A stretch of 44,002 nucleotides of DNA from a virus. Positions 1 to 7,872 of the stretch are shown here, piece by piece (position 1 is the first letter of the stretch; every line of letters begins with the position of its first letter). The translations under genes and the position numbers were made by a program. Location of the stretch: the UHGV virus genome UHGV-0243075. One strand, given 5' to 3'. The notes beneath the pieces were generated by a model that was not told the origin of the DNA, made no database searches, and saw nothing but the letters and a program-made list of their open reading frames with translations.

Positions 1-1776
1 ACAATTGGTGACATTGCTGCGCAGATATCAGTGCAGGGAGAAGCATACAGCCAGTATATATCTTTTATGATGGATAGATACTATGATGGCATTGATTTGA
101 TGGGAATGTCTATATGGATACACTATGAATTAAAAGATGGAAGCGGCAGCGAAGATAGTCCAGTGAATGTAATGTATAACGATAGTACTATCAGATTTAA
201 TTGGATTGTACCAGAAAAAGCAACGCAACAGTCAGGAGACATTAAGATTGGCGTATGGGTAAATGGTACAGCGCCGAATACCAAAGCGTATATATTAAAA
301 ACAGAAGAAAAGATATATACAATACATTCGGGGTTAATTCCAGGGTCTGGTATTACACAGCCAGACCAGAATTGGTTTGAAAATTTTGTTGAGCAAATGG
401 ATAGTAAGGTATCCACTGCCCAGGGCCATGCCAATGATGCCCAGGCCAGTAAGACAGCCGCCGCCGGTTCTGCCGCGGCGTCTGCCCAGTCAGCTACCGC
501 CGCCGCCAAAGCACTGGAGGATAACAAGGTATACGTGGAGAGCCAGAAGGCTGCTTTCGTAGGCTACAACAAGCGTGAGACGGACCTTAAATACGCCAAT
601 GCCCTTATCGGCTCGGCATCCGGCACCACGCAAGTCACAGTGGACGACGCGTGGGAGGCGCCGATACCCGGCCTGGAGATAGCCGGTAAGAGTGAGCAGG
701 GAGCAGACCCCAGCCCGGAATATCCACAGGAGATTGTGAGTACGGATGTCACGGCGGTGACAGTGACGGGAGCTAATCTGTTCGACGACACCACGTTAAT
801 GGCTTACGGAAATACGACTTTTGTACTTTCTGCTGATAGGAGACAAGTTACGATAACTGGTGATAAAAAATATGCTTGTGCGGAATCAGACACACCAGCA
901 CAATTGATTGCTGGAAAAAACGTCACAGTGTCGTGCAACATAAGTAATAAAAATTCAGAAGTACCTGTGGAATTTCAACTATATATCGAATTTCCGGATG
1001 GCACAAAAAATTATTTGCATCATAAGTCTTCGGGCAGTAAAACATTTTCAATTCCAGATAACATAACGAAAGCGACATTTAAATTATTTGTTAATCTCAA
1101 AAACGCAAATTTAGATTCCAAAAATACTGTTGTGTATTCAGATGTTATGGTTAACATTGGCACTACACCCCTTCCATGGGAACCCTACCAGTCCAAGACC
1201 GCATCCATCACCCTCACGAAGCCGTTACGAGGTATCGGGGATTACAGGGACGAAATAACCATGACCAATCGGATTGACCGGTGTATGGAACTGACATTTG
1301 ACGGAAGCGAGGGTTGGGGCGTCTACACTAGTGGTAGCCGCACAGGATTTTCGGCAATTAATGTCCTCCCGATATCAATGAATAATCGGAATGGAATATG
1401 TAATCAAGCACTAGTCGGAGGAAATGAAGAAGTTGAGCGGATTATTTTAGGGAGTAATAATCAAAATCTATATTATTTTTACTGTCCATTTTACGATGCT
1501 ACAGTAGCCGACAAGGGCCTCTCTGCCTGGAAAGCCCACCTTGCTGCCCATCCACTTAAGGTAGTCACTTACCTGGATACCCCGGTAGAGACAGACTTGG
1601 GGGCAGACACCATAGCAGCACTTGCGGAGTTGACCACCTACAAAGGACGGACAACCACCACAGTGACTGCGGAGGGGCCGGAGCCGGACGTGGCGGTGGA
1701 GTATGTACAAGATACAAATGTTGTGATTGCTGAATTAAAAAAACTAATAGAAGGAATACAGAATGTTGAGTCCTAA
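1..1776 (+). CDS. Phage structural fibre-like protein. The 5' end is truncated at the window edge, with frame 1 open from nt 1. Has an Ala/Ser/Gln-rich coiled segment and a beta-rich C-terminal part.
   Basis: The motif AQASKTAAAGSAAASAQSATAAAKALE is typical of Gram-positive phage fibre proteins. No stop in frame 1 between nt 1 and 30. Lies between portal and the minor capsid gene if the genome is circular. Confidence 0.5.
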   Translation, partial: TIGDIAAQISVQGEAYSQYISFMMDRYYDGIDLMGMSIWIHYELKDGSGSEDSPVNVMYNDSTIRFNWIVPEKATQQSGDIKIGVWVNGTAPNTKAYILKTEEKIYTIHSGLIPGSGITQPDQNWFENFVEQMDSKVSTAQGHANDAQASKTAAAGSAAASAQSATAAAKALEDNKVYVESQKAAFVGYNKRETDLKYANALIGSASGTTQVTVDDAWEAPIPGLEIAGKSEQGADPSPEYPQEIVSTDVTAVTVTGANLFDDTTLMAYGNTTFVLSADRRQVTITGDKKYACAESDTPAQLIAGKNVTVSCNISNKNSEVPVEFQLYIEFPDGTKNYLHHKSSGSKTFSIPDNITKATFKLFVNLKNANLDSKNTVVYSDVMVNIGTTPLPWEPYQSKTASITLTKPLRGIGDYRDEITMTNRIDRCMELTFDGSEGWGVYTSGSRTGFSAINVLPISMNNRNGICNQALVGGNEEVERIILGSNNQNLYYFYCPFYDATVADKGLSAWKAHLAAHPLKVVTYLDTPVETDLGADTIAALAELTTYKGRTTTTVTAEGPEPDVAVEYVQDTNVVIAELKKLIEGIQNVES

Positions 1777-2986
1777 TTATCTCCAGCATATAGCTGATGG
1801 TTCCGAAGAAATAGCCTCCCAGCTTCATACATACATTATCCGTCAGATAATAGACCGCATGATGATACGCATAGGCCGCGGCGATGATTACCTGCTCACC
1901 TCCTCTGACCGATGGCGAATACAGATATTGCAGGATGCAGGATATCTGCTGGAGGACATAACGGCAGAGTTATCCAAAATCACTAATCGACAGGAAAAAG
2001 AAATCAAGGCCGCAATGGAAGAAGCTGGAGTCAAGGCCCTGGAATACGACCATAAAATATATGAGGCTGCTGGTTTGTCTCCAACACCGCTTACACAATC
2101 TCCGCAGCTTATTAGGCTAATGGAACGAAACATGAATGCCACTATGGGGGAATGGGAAAACTATACCAGAACCACCGCAGAAGCCGCACAGAGGCTTTTT
2201 ATAAACGCATGTGATAATGCATACCACCTTGTATCTTCTGGGGCTGTATCGTACACACAGGCTGTCAAAGAGGCAGTTAATAATGTGGTATCGGGCGGAG
2301 TGATAGTACACTATCCTTCGGGCCATAAAGACACCATAGAAACTGCCACAGCGCGCGCAGTACGCACCGGAGTAGCCCAGGCCACGGGAGATATCTCTAT
2401 TAAGCGTATGGAAGAAATGGATTGGGATATCATACTGGTGTCGGCGCACATCGGGGCCAGAACCGGGGATGGAGGGCAGAATCCAGGAAATCATTTATGG
2501 TGGCAAGGGCAGTTTTACAGCAGGACTGGAAAGGATAAGCGCTTTCCTCCATTTTCCCAGACTGGATACGGAACTGGTGAAGGGTTATGTGGATGGAACT
2601 GCCGTCATTCCTTCGGAAGCGGTGATGGGGTAAACAATCCATACAAAGACATCCAAACCGCAGACAATTACAAGGTTGAGCAGCTGGAGAAGCGGCAGCG
2701 AACGCTTGAACGGCGCATCAGAAAGGCAAAACGCGAGGTCATGGGGATGCAGGAGGCCGTGGATAAATGCAAGGACGAATCAGTTAAATTTGATATGAAG
2801 TTAGACCTTGACCACAAGTCGTATCTGTTACAGCGGCAGAATAAGGCATATAACGAATTTTGCAAAGAGAACGACTTACGCACCCAGCAAGAACGGCTAC
2901 AGATTGCCAGATGGAACCGGGAGCAGGCGGCAAAGGCCAGGGGAGCAGCGCGGCGGTATCAGAATGCGAAAGGAAAAGAAGAATGA
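1763..2986 (+). CDS. Minor capsid / head morphogenesis protein (MuF / SPP1 gp7 / Phage_min_cap2-like).
   Basis: Conserved HLWWQGQFY...GWNCRHSF region. Coiled-coil, Lys/Arg/Glu-rich C-terminus. Sits in the head module before the scaffold gene. Confidence 0.6.
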   Translation: MLSPNYLQHIADGSEEIASQLHTYIIRQIIDRMMIRIGRGDDYLLTSSDRWRIQILQDAGYLLEDITAELSKITNRQEKEIKAAMEEAGVKALEYDHKIYEAAGLSPTPLTQSPQLIRLMERNMNATMGEWENYTRTTAEAAQRLFINACDNAYHLVSSGAVSYTQAVKEAVNNVVSGGVIVHYPSGHKDTIETATARAVRTGVAQATGDISIKRMEEMDWDIILVSAHIGARTGDGGQNPGNHLWWQGQFYSRTGKDKRFPPFSQTGYGTGEGLCGWNCRHSFGSGDGVNNPYKDIQTADNYKVEQLEKRQRTLERRIRKAKREVMGMQEAVDKCKDESVKFDMKLDLDHKSYLLQRQNKAYNEFCKENDLRTQQERLQIARWNREQAAKARGAARRYQNAKGKEE

Positions 2987-3363
2987 GCAGATGGAAATTA
3001 TTCAACCCTAATCCACGCAATCAGCGTGTGGGGGATTGCCCCATCCGGGCTATAACAAAAGCCCTTGACAGCGACTGGGAAACGGTATTTGCTGGTGTAA
3101 CTGTCTGCGCCTGTGCTTTATCTGATATGCCATCTGCAAACCATGTATGGGGGTCCTACCTACGTCAAAATGGGTTTAAACGGTACATAGTGGATGACCA
3201 CGGACAAGATGTATACACGGTCGAGGACTTTTGCCAGGATAATCCTATAGGAACGTACATCTTAGCAATTACAGGGCATGTGGTGTGTGTGCAGGATGGT
3301 TATTACTGGGATACATGGGACAGCGGTCAAGAAATACCAATATACTACTGGGAAAGGCGATAA
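2983..3363 (+). CDS. Papain-fold cysteine peptidase-like protein. The geometry is that of a C39 bacteriocin-processing peptidase. A transglutaminase-like fold is the alternative.
   Basis: ATG overlaps the upstream TGA (ATGA). Gln-x4-GDC(P) (Cys18), GHVVCV (His106) and downstream Asp have spacing like a C39 Cys/His/Asp triad. 126 aa. Confidence 0.4.
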   Translation: MSRWKLFNPNPRNQRVGDCPIRAITKALDSDWETVFAGVTVCACALSDMPSANHVWGSYLRQNGFKRYIVDDHGQDVYTVEDFCQDNPIGTYILAITGHVVCVQDGYYWDTWDSGQEIPIYYWERR

Positions 3364-3366
3364 TTT

Positions 3367-3660
3367 ATGGAAACATTAAACTCTATTATGGTTGTATGCG
3401 GTTGGCTTATTACTCTTGGAGGCGCAGGAGCCGTAATATACAAATTGTTGCATCCGGCATTTAAGCTAAAAAATCGAGTGGATAAATTAGAAATAAATGT
3501 GGAAAATGATTATAAATCTATCAAAGAAATAAGAGATATGCAATCTCTTTTATGCCAAGGAATGATAGCATTAATTGATAATCGTATAACCGGTAACAAC
3601 ATAGAGGGTTTAAAAAAAACCAAAGAAGCTATGATAAAGCATTTGTCAGAAGGTATTTAA
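3367..3660 (+). CDS. Membrane-anchored coiled-coil protein with an N-terminal TM helix.
   Basis: Hydrophobic stretch IMVVCGWLITLGGAGAVIY followed by a charged helical region. Tight spacing after the previous gene. Confidence 0.5.
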   Translation: METLNSIMVVCGWLITLGGAGAVIYKLLHPAFKLKNRVDKLEINVENDYKSIKEIRDMQSLLCQGMIALIDNRITGNNIEGLKKTKEAMIKHLSEGI

Positions 3661-3671
3661 GGAGCGTTGCG

Positions 3672-3872
3672 TTGAAGGTATATGACTTTACAGTGCCAGA
3701 ACTAAACTATTTTCGTACATATTGTAACTTTACGGATGAAGAACGGGCACTGTTTGAGTACCGGGCCAAGAACTATCCTTTGGAGTATTGCACTGAATTA
3801 ATGAATGTAAGTGTATCCACAGCAAAGAGATTGAGCAGAAAAGTAAACAACAAAATAATCCGAGTATGTTGA
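3672..3872 (+). CDS. Small sigma-70 region-4-like / ArpU-like HTH protein. Putative late transcription regulator.
   Basis: TTG start with an AAGGAG RBS 8 nt upstream. C-terminal ELMNVSVSTAKRLSRKVNNKI resembles a region-4 HTH. Confidence 0.4.
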   Translation: MKVYDFTVPELNYFRTYCNFTDEERALFEYRAKNYPLEYCTELMNVSVSTAKRLSRKVNNKIIRVC

Positions 3873-3964
3873 TACTTGCGTGATACTTTTATAAGTCTTT
3901 GACGACCTGTCAAGGGCTTATTTTTTATGGGATAATTGGATTATAAAAGAACGGAGGGGATATA

Positions 3965-4435
3965 ATGCCGCAACCATTTATCAATCCAAACTATCTGAAT
4001 ACATATCCAAACGCATACCCGTATCAACCGCAGATGCAACCACCTATGGACCGATTGCAGCAGCTACAGGCACCATACCAAATGCCGCAACAGACGCAGG
4101 TTTCACAGGTCCCGCAGACCAACCAGGGAATATTATGGGTGCAGGGTGAAGCCGGGGCAAAGTCGTATTTAGTAGCGCCAAGCACATCCATATTACTGAT
4201 GGATAGCGAAAATGAGTACTTTTATATTAAAACAACAGATGCAGCAGGTATGCCAACACTCCGCACTTTTGAATATAAAGAGATTGTTAATGGACGGAAA
4301 AAGGAATCTGCATCGGCTGAAAATCTGGATGAAAAGTATGTTACCAGAAATGAGTATCAGGATTTAAAGGCAAAATATGATGAATTATATGGACTTTTAG
4401 AAACCAGTACAGCACCAACAGGAAAGGGGAAGTAA
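3965..4435 (+). CDS. Hypothetical protein with a prion-like Pro/Gln/Tyr-rich N-terminus and a globular C-terminal domain.
   Basis: RBS GGAGGGG upstream. N-terminal 55 residues are P/Q/Y/N-rich. The C-terminal part is ILWVQGEAGAKSYLVAP... Confidence 0.55.
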   Translation: MPQPFINPNYLNTYPNAYPYQPQMQPPMDRLQQLQAPYQMPQQTQVSQVPQTNQGILWVQGEAGAKSYLVAPSTSILLMDSENEYFYIKTTDAAGMPTLRTFEYKEIVNGRKKESASAENLDEKYVTRNEYQDLKAKYDELYGLLETSTAPTGKGK

Positions 4436-4438
4436 TAT

Positions 4439-4597
4439 ATGAATCCATTATTTAACATGTTAGGTGGAATGGGTGGAGGTAGCCCAATGGGAGGAATGAT
4501 TCCTGGGATAGGCGGAGGAAACAACCCCATGCAGATGATACAGAAATTTATGGAGTTTAAAAACAATTTCAAGGGAAACCCTCAAGAAGAAGTATAG
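4439..4597 (+). CDS. Small Gly/Met-rich protein, 52 aa.
   Basis: ATG follows an AAAGGGGAAG RBS. Sequence MNPLFNMLGGMGGGSPMGGMIPGIGGGNNPMQ... Not in the ORF track because it is under 60 aa. Confidence 0.4.
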   Translation: MNPLFNMLGGMGGGSPMGGMIPGIGGGNNPMQMIQKFMEFKNNFKGNPQEEV

Positions 4598-4600
4598 AAG

Positions 4601-4696
4601 ATGCTACAGTCCGGCCAGATAACTCAGCGGCAATTAGACCAGGCCCAGCAAATGGCCCGGCAGTTTCAGCAGATGCTTAATGGCATGAAAAAATAG
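4601..4696 (+). CDS. Very small Gln-rich ORF (31 aa), speculative.
   Basis: ATG to TAG fills the gap between neighbouring genes. Weak RBS. Confidence 0.2.
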   Translation: MLQSGQITQRQLDQAQQMARQFQQMLNGMKK

Positions 4697-4750
4697 TACA
4701 TAAATCAATGCGCATGATTTTGTAAATATATTTTAAAGGAGTAGACAATT

Positions 4751-4963
4751 ATGGATTCAGGCTATAGTTTAGCAGACATTGCCGCCGCTACAGGAGGAAC
4801 AAACCGCAACAATGATGGCTTTGGAGATGGCGGCGCATGGTGGATTATTATACTGTTCTTATTTGTTTTCTGTGGCTGGGGCAATGGAAACGGCTTTGGA
4901 AACAATGGAGCAGGAGGTGCAGGATTGCAGGGATTAGCAACACGTGCAGACATCAATGAGTGA
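4751..4963 (+). CDS. Gly/Trp-rich membrane peptide with a double-glycine-type leader (MDSGYSLADIAAATGG), ending at an in-frame TGA.
   Basis: RBS AAAGGAG 9 nt upstream. The leader-like 16-mer ends in GG. A hydrophobic core WWIIILFLFVFCGW is followed by GNGNGFGNNGAGGAG. Confidence 0.5.
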   Translation: MDSGYSLADIAAATGGTNRNNDGFGDGGAWWIIILFLFVFCGWGNGNGFGNNGAGGAGLQGLATRADINE

Positions 4964-5467
4964 TTTGCCCTCAACGGAATCGAAAATGGTATAAGGGGTA
5001 TTCAGCAGGGCATTTGTGATAGCACGTATGCGCTGAACAACACCATTACCAGCGGTTTCAGCGGAGTGGACCGTAGCTTATGCCAGATGGGCTATCAGCT
5101 CCATGATTGCTGCTGCCAGACACAGCGCGCAATTGATGGTGTAAATTATAACCTGGCTACACAGTCATGCGATACCAGAAACACCATTCAGACCGCAACT
5201 AGGGATATTCTGGACAACAACAACAGCAATACAAGAGCTATTCTTGACTTCTTAACTCAGGATAAGATTTCTACCTTACAGGCGGAGAATCAAACCCTTA
5301 GATTCCAGGCAAGCCAGACTGCCCAGAACGGATTTATTGATGCAGTTGGTAACTCAATCGTTGCACAGCTTCGTCAGCCGCAGCCTGTACCGGCTTATAC
5401 GGTTCCAGCGCCATATCCATATGCCTCTAACTGTGGTTGTGGATGCAATACTGGATGCGGGTGCTAA
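4964..5467 (+). CDS. Cys-rich protein (C-terminal CGCGCNTGCGC) in the same frame as 4751..4960, directly after the TGA. Either an independent gene starting at an internal Met (5066) or a readthrough extension.
   Basis: No stop between 4964 and 5467 in the frame of the upstream ORF. Cys cluster HDCCCQ and a C-terminal Cys-Gly repeat. Confidence 0.4.
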   Translation, partial: FALNGIENGIRGIQQGICDSTYALNNTITSGFSGVDRSLCQMGYQLHDCCCQTQRAIDGVNYNLATQSCDTRNTIQTATRDILDNNNSNTRAILDFLTQDKISTLQAENQTLRFQASQTAQNGFIDAVGNSIVAQLRQPQPVPAYTVPAPYPYASNCGCGCNTGCGC

Positions 5468-5676
5468 TGAGAAACGAACAGTTTTACGATAATCTTGCTC
5501 TGTATGCAACTGCATTGCAAATGATAAATTTGCTTTTGATTGTTGGTGATGTGTCAAATAATGATATTATGGAAGTATTGCAACAGGAGAATAAGGAATA
5601 CATGGAAAAGATTATCGACCAAAACAACCGCATATTGCGTATCTTGTCCGAAAAGGACATGTCTACTGAACAGTAG
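5467..5676 (+). CDS. Hypothetical small protein, 69 aa.
   Basis: ATG overlaps the upstream TAA (TAATG). Hydrophobic helix then charged C-terminus. Confidence 0.4.
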   Translation: MRNEQFYDNLALYATALQMINLLLIVGDVSNNDIMEVLQQENKEYMEKIIDQNNRILRILSEKDMSTEQ

Positions 5677-5738
5677 TATTACACACACAGAAGGGTAGGC
5701 ATAAGCTTGCCCTTCTGTGCATATAAGGAGGATTTATT

Positions 5739-6137
5739 ATGGCAGATTTTGTAACTGCTGGGGCACAGACTGTTGCAGTCAATGCAAGCGTTCTGTTTGC
5801 TGCAAACAGGATATATTCTTGCAATTGTCCAAACATAAGGCATGAGGCACTCTCTGGTAGGGTAGTTTTGCTTCCTGGCCTGTACCGCGTAGGATTTAAC
5901 GGAAACTTTTCCGCAGCCGCAGCAGGTGACGTTATTTTTGAAGTACAGCAGGACGGCGAAGGCATTCCCGGTGCAAGAATCCAGAACACAGTTGCCGCCG
6001 GCGCAACAATCAATGGAGCGGCAACTGTAGAAGTAAGGGTGTGCAAACCATGTTGTGCTACCCTATCAGTAAAAAACGTTGGAGCCACAGCAGCGACAGT
6101 ATCAGACGCTAACCTTGTTGTTAGCAGAATAGGTTAA
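5739..6137 (+). CDS. BclA-C-terminal-domain / C1q-TNF-like protein (exosporium-protein-like fold). Tentative.
   Basis: RBS AAGGAGG upstream. GLYRVGFNGNFSAAAAGDVIFEVQQDGEGIPGARIQNTVAAGATINGAATVEVRV resembles BclA CTD beta-sandwich sequences as I recall them. Confidence 0.35.
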   Translation: MADFVTAGAQTVAVNASVLFAANRIYSCNCPNIRHEALSGRVVLLPGLYRVGFNGNFSAAAAGDVIFEVQQDGEGIPGARIQNTVAAGATINGAATVEVRVCKPCCATLSVKNVGATAATVSDANLVVSRIG

Positions 6138-6149
6138 GGGGGTAATGCT

Positions 6150-6689
6150 ATGAGCTATAAGATGATGCAGAATATCCATGAAGAACTGGATAAGATTGCG
6201 GAAAAGGGCCTGAACACTAGCAACCTTGAAACCGCATACAAACTGATAGACATGTGGAAAGACATGGAGAACGTGGAGTACTGGAAGTGCAAAAAAGAGT
6301 ACTACAATCAGGTAATGGACGAAATGGACGGTGGAGAATACAGCGAAGCGCGCCGCAAGCGCGACAGCATGGGACGTTATAGCCGTGCTGATGGAATGTC
6401 GCAGGACTATGATAATGACAGCTCCTATCGCGGCACACGTGGAAAACATTACGTTAGAGAACACTACAGCCGTGCGAACGGTCCGGCCTATGACGACTAC
6501 ATGAATCAGAAGCAGAGCTACAGAAGCGGCGGGAAAGATGAAGATTGCAAGCGGCGTATGCTTGCAGCTTTGGAAGAACATATGGACGAACTGACAGAAG
6601 AATTAGGCGAAATGTCCAAAGATGCCGACTGCCGGGAAGAAAGAGAAACCATGAAAAGGTATATTGAAAAGCTTCGTAATATGATGTAA
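6150..6689 (+). CDS. Tyr/Arg/Ser/Asp-rich low-complexity protein with a helical N-terminus.
   Basis: RBS AAGGGGG upstream. Repeated Y-S-R motifs (YSRADG, YRGTRGKHY, YSRANG, YRSGG). Confidence 0.55.
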   Translation: MSYKMMQNIHEELDKIAEKGLNTSNLETAYKLIDMWKDMENVEYWKCKKEYYNQVMDEMDGGEYSEARRKRDSMGRYSRADGMSQDYDNDSSYRGTRGKHYVREHYSRANGPAYDDYMNQKQSYRSGGKDEDCKRRMLAALEEHMDELTEELGEMSKDADCREERETMKRYIEKLRNMM

Positions 6690-6695
6690 TAAATT

Positions 6696-6721
6696 GGCGG
6701 TGGGTAAAACCTACCGCCTTT
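6696..6721 (+). terminator. Hairpin terminator preceding late-motif copy 1.
   Basis: ggcggtgggt-aaa-acctaccgcc (one G-U pair) followed by ttt. Confidence 0.45.
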
Positions 6722-6722
6722 A

Positions 6723-6763
6723 AAAAATGTGGGGACGATTATTTTTTTTGAATAAGGTAAAAT
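6723..6763 (+). promoter_or_regulatory. Conserved late-promoter-like motif, copy 1: AAAAATGTGGGGACGATT-N15-GGTAAAAT.
   Basis: Identical 18-mer to 38944-38961. Confidence 0.5.
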
Positions 6764-6794
6764 GGGAGTAGGAATAAGCAGAAAGGGTGAAAAC

Positions 6795-6980
6795 ATGGTA
6801 AAAGACGGTTGGGTGTACTGCCCTATATGTAACAATAAAACTCGGACTAAAATCCGGCCTGATACAGTAGCGAAAAACCTTCCAGTATTTTGCCCTGTAT
6901 GTAAGAATACATCCGTAATGAATATTGCAAAAGGTAAAGCAAGTGATTTAGATAAAAGTGGTTTATCACCTGCAACATAA
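6795..6980 (+). CDS. Cysteine-rich KTR-type zinc-ribbon mini-protein.
   Basis: CPICNNKTRTKIRPDT...FCPVCK matches the Cys_rich_KTR pattern as I recall it. Lies after a terminator and a late-promoter-like motif. Confidence 0.5.
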   Translation: MVKDGWVYCPICNNKTRTKIRPDTVAKNLPVFCPVCKNTSVMNIAKGKASDLDKSGLSPAT

Positions 6981-7005
6981 CTTTAGAGCCAGACGCCAGA
7001 CGCAG

Positions 7006-7046
7006 AGCCATACAAATTACAGCAATGTAGTTTGCATGGCTTTTTA
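7006..7046 (+). terminator. Rho-independent terminator preceded by a conserved 26-mer (6984-7009).
   Basis: agccatacaaa-ttacagcaatgtag-tttgcatggct followed by ttttt. Confidence 0.55.
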
Positions 7047-7249
7047 CTATATTTGAACCTCCCTCCTATAGCACATGTCCTTAATAGAAACAGGTCCTAG
7101 CTCATAGAGTAAACGGCCTGGAGGTTGAAAAGCGGATGCAATTTCCGGCATGTGCGTTTTGGGACACGCCAAGTCCTACAAAATGGCAAACCGTTGGTGG
7201 ACGGTTACACACCTACAAATAACCTAATAACGGAAAAGGAGAATCATCA

Positions 7250-7870
7250 ATGAAAACCGAAGAATTAAAAGCACAGGGATTGACAGAGGAACAGATATCT
7301 TTTGTCATGGCTGAAAATGGGAAAGACCTCAAAAAGTTGCAGAAAGAAAACGACAATCTGAGCGCGGACCGGGATACCTGGAAAGAAAAAGCAGAAGCGG
7401 CAGAAACAACGCTTAAAGGCTTTGAAGGGGTTGACCTGGAGACGATGCAGAAAGAGTTGTCTGACTGGAAACAGAAGGCTACAGAAGCCGAAAAAAAAGC
7501 CCAGGAACAGATTTATGAGCGTGATTTTGCGGACGCACTAAAAACAGAATTTGAAGGAATTAAATTTTCCAGTGAGGCAGCAAAACGGGCAATCATGGCA
7601 GAAGTGAAAGAGGCCGGATTGAAATTGAAAGATGGGAAAATATTGGGCTTAAATGACCTTATTTCTCAGATGAAAGAGAAAGATGCTTCGGCGTTTATTG
7701 ATGAGGGACAACAAAAAGCACAGCAGAATGCAGCGCGGTTTACACAGCCTTTCCAGAGGCAGAATCAGAGCGGAGGAATAACGAAAGACCAGATTATGGG
7801 GATTAAGGATGCCTCCGAGCGGCAGTCCGCTATTGCTGCGAACATTCATTTATTTGGTAAAGGAGAGTAA
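7250..7870 (+). CDS. Scaffolding protein.
   Basis: Strong RBS AAAGGAG. Highly charged coiled-coil protein immediately upstream of the major capsid gene. Confidence 0.7.
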   Translation: MKTEELKAQGLTEEQISFVMAENGKDLKKLQKENDNLSADRDTWKEKAEAAETTLKGFEGVDLETMQKELSDWKQKATEAEKKAQEQIYERDFADALKTEFEGIKFSSEAAKRAIMAEVKEAGLKLKDGKILGLNDLISQMKEKDASAFIDEGQQKAQQNAARFTQPFQRQNQSGGITKDQIMGIKDASERQSAIAANIHLFGKGE

Positions 7871-7872
7871 AA

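Noticed and set aside
4961-4963. Selenocysteine recoding of the in-frame TGA
   Set aside because: No convincing SECIS-like hairpin immediately downstream. There is only a weak 6-bp stem with a 35-nt loop. No selenoprotein machinery genes are present. Readthrough or mutation is more parsimonious.
6102-6581. 159-aa minus-strand ORF overlapping the Tyr/Arg-rich gene
   Set aside because: The + strand ORF has an RBS and fits the operon. The minus ORF is a His/Val-rich antisense artefact.
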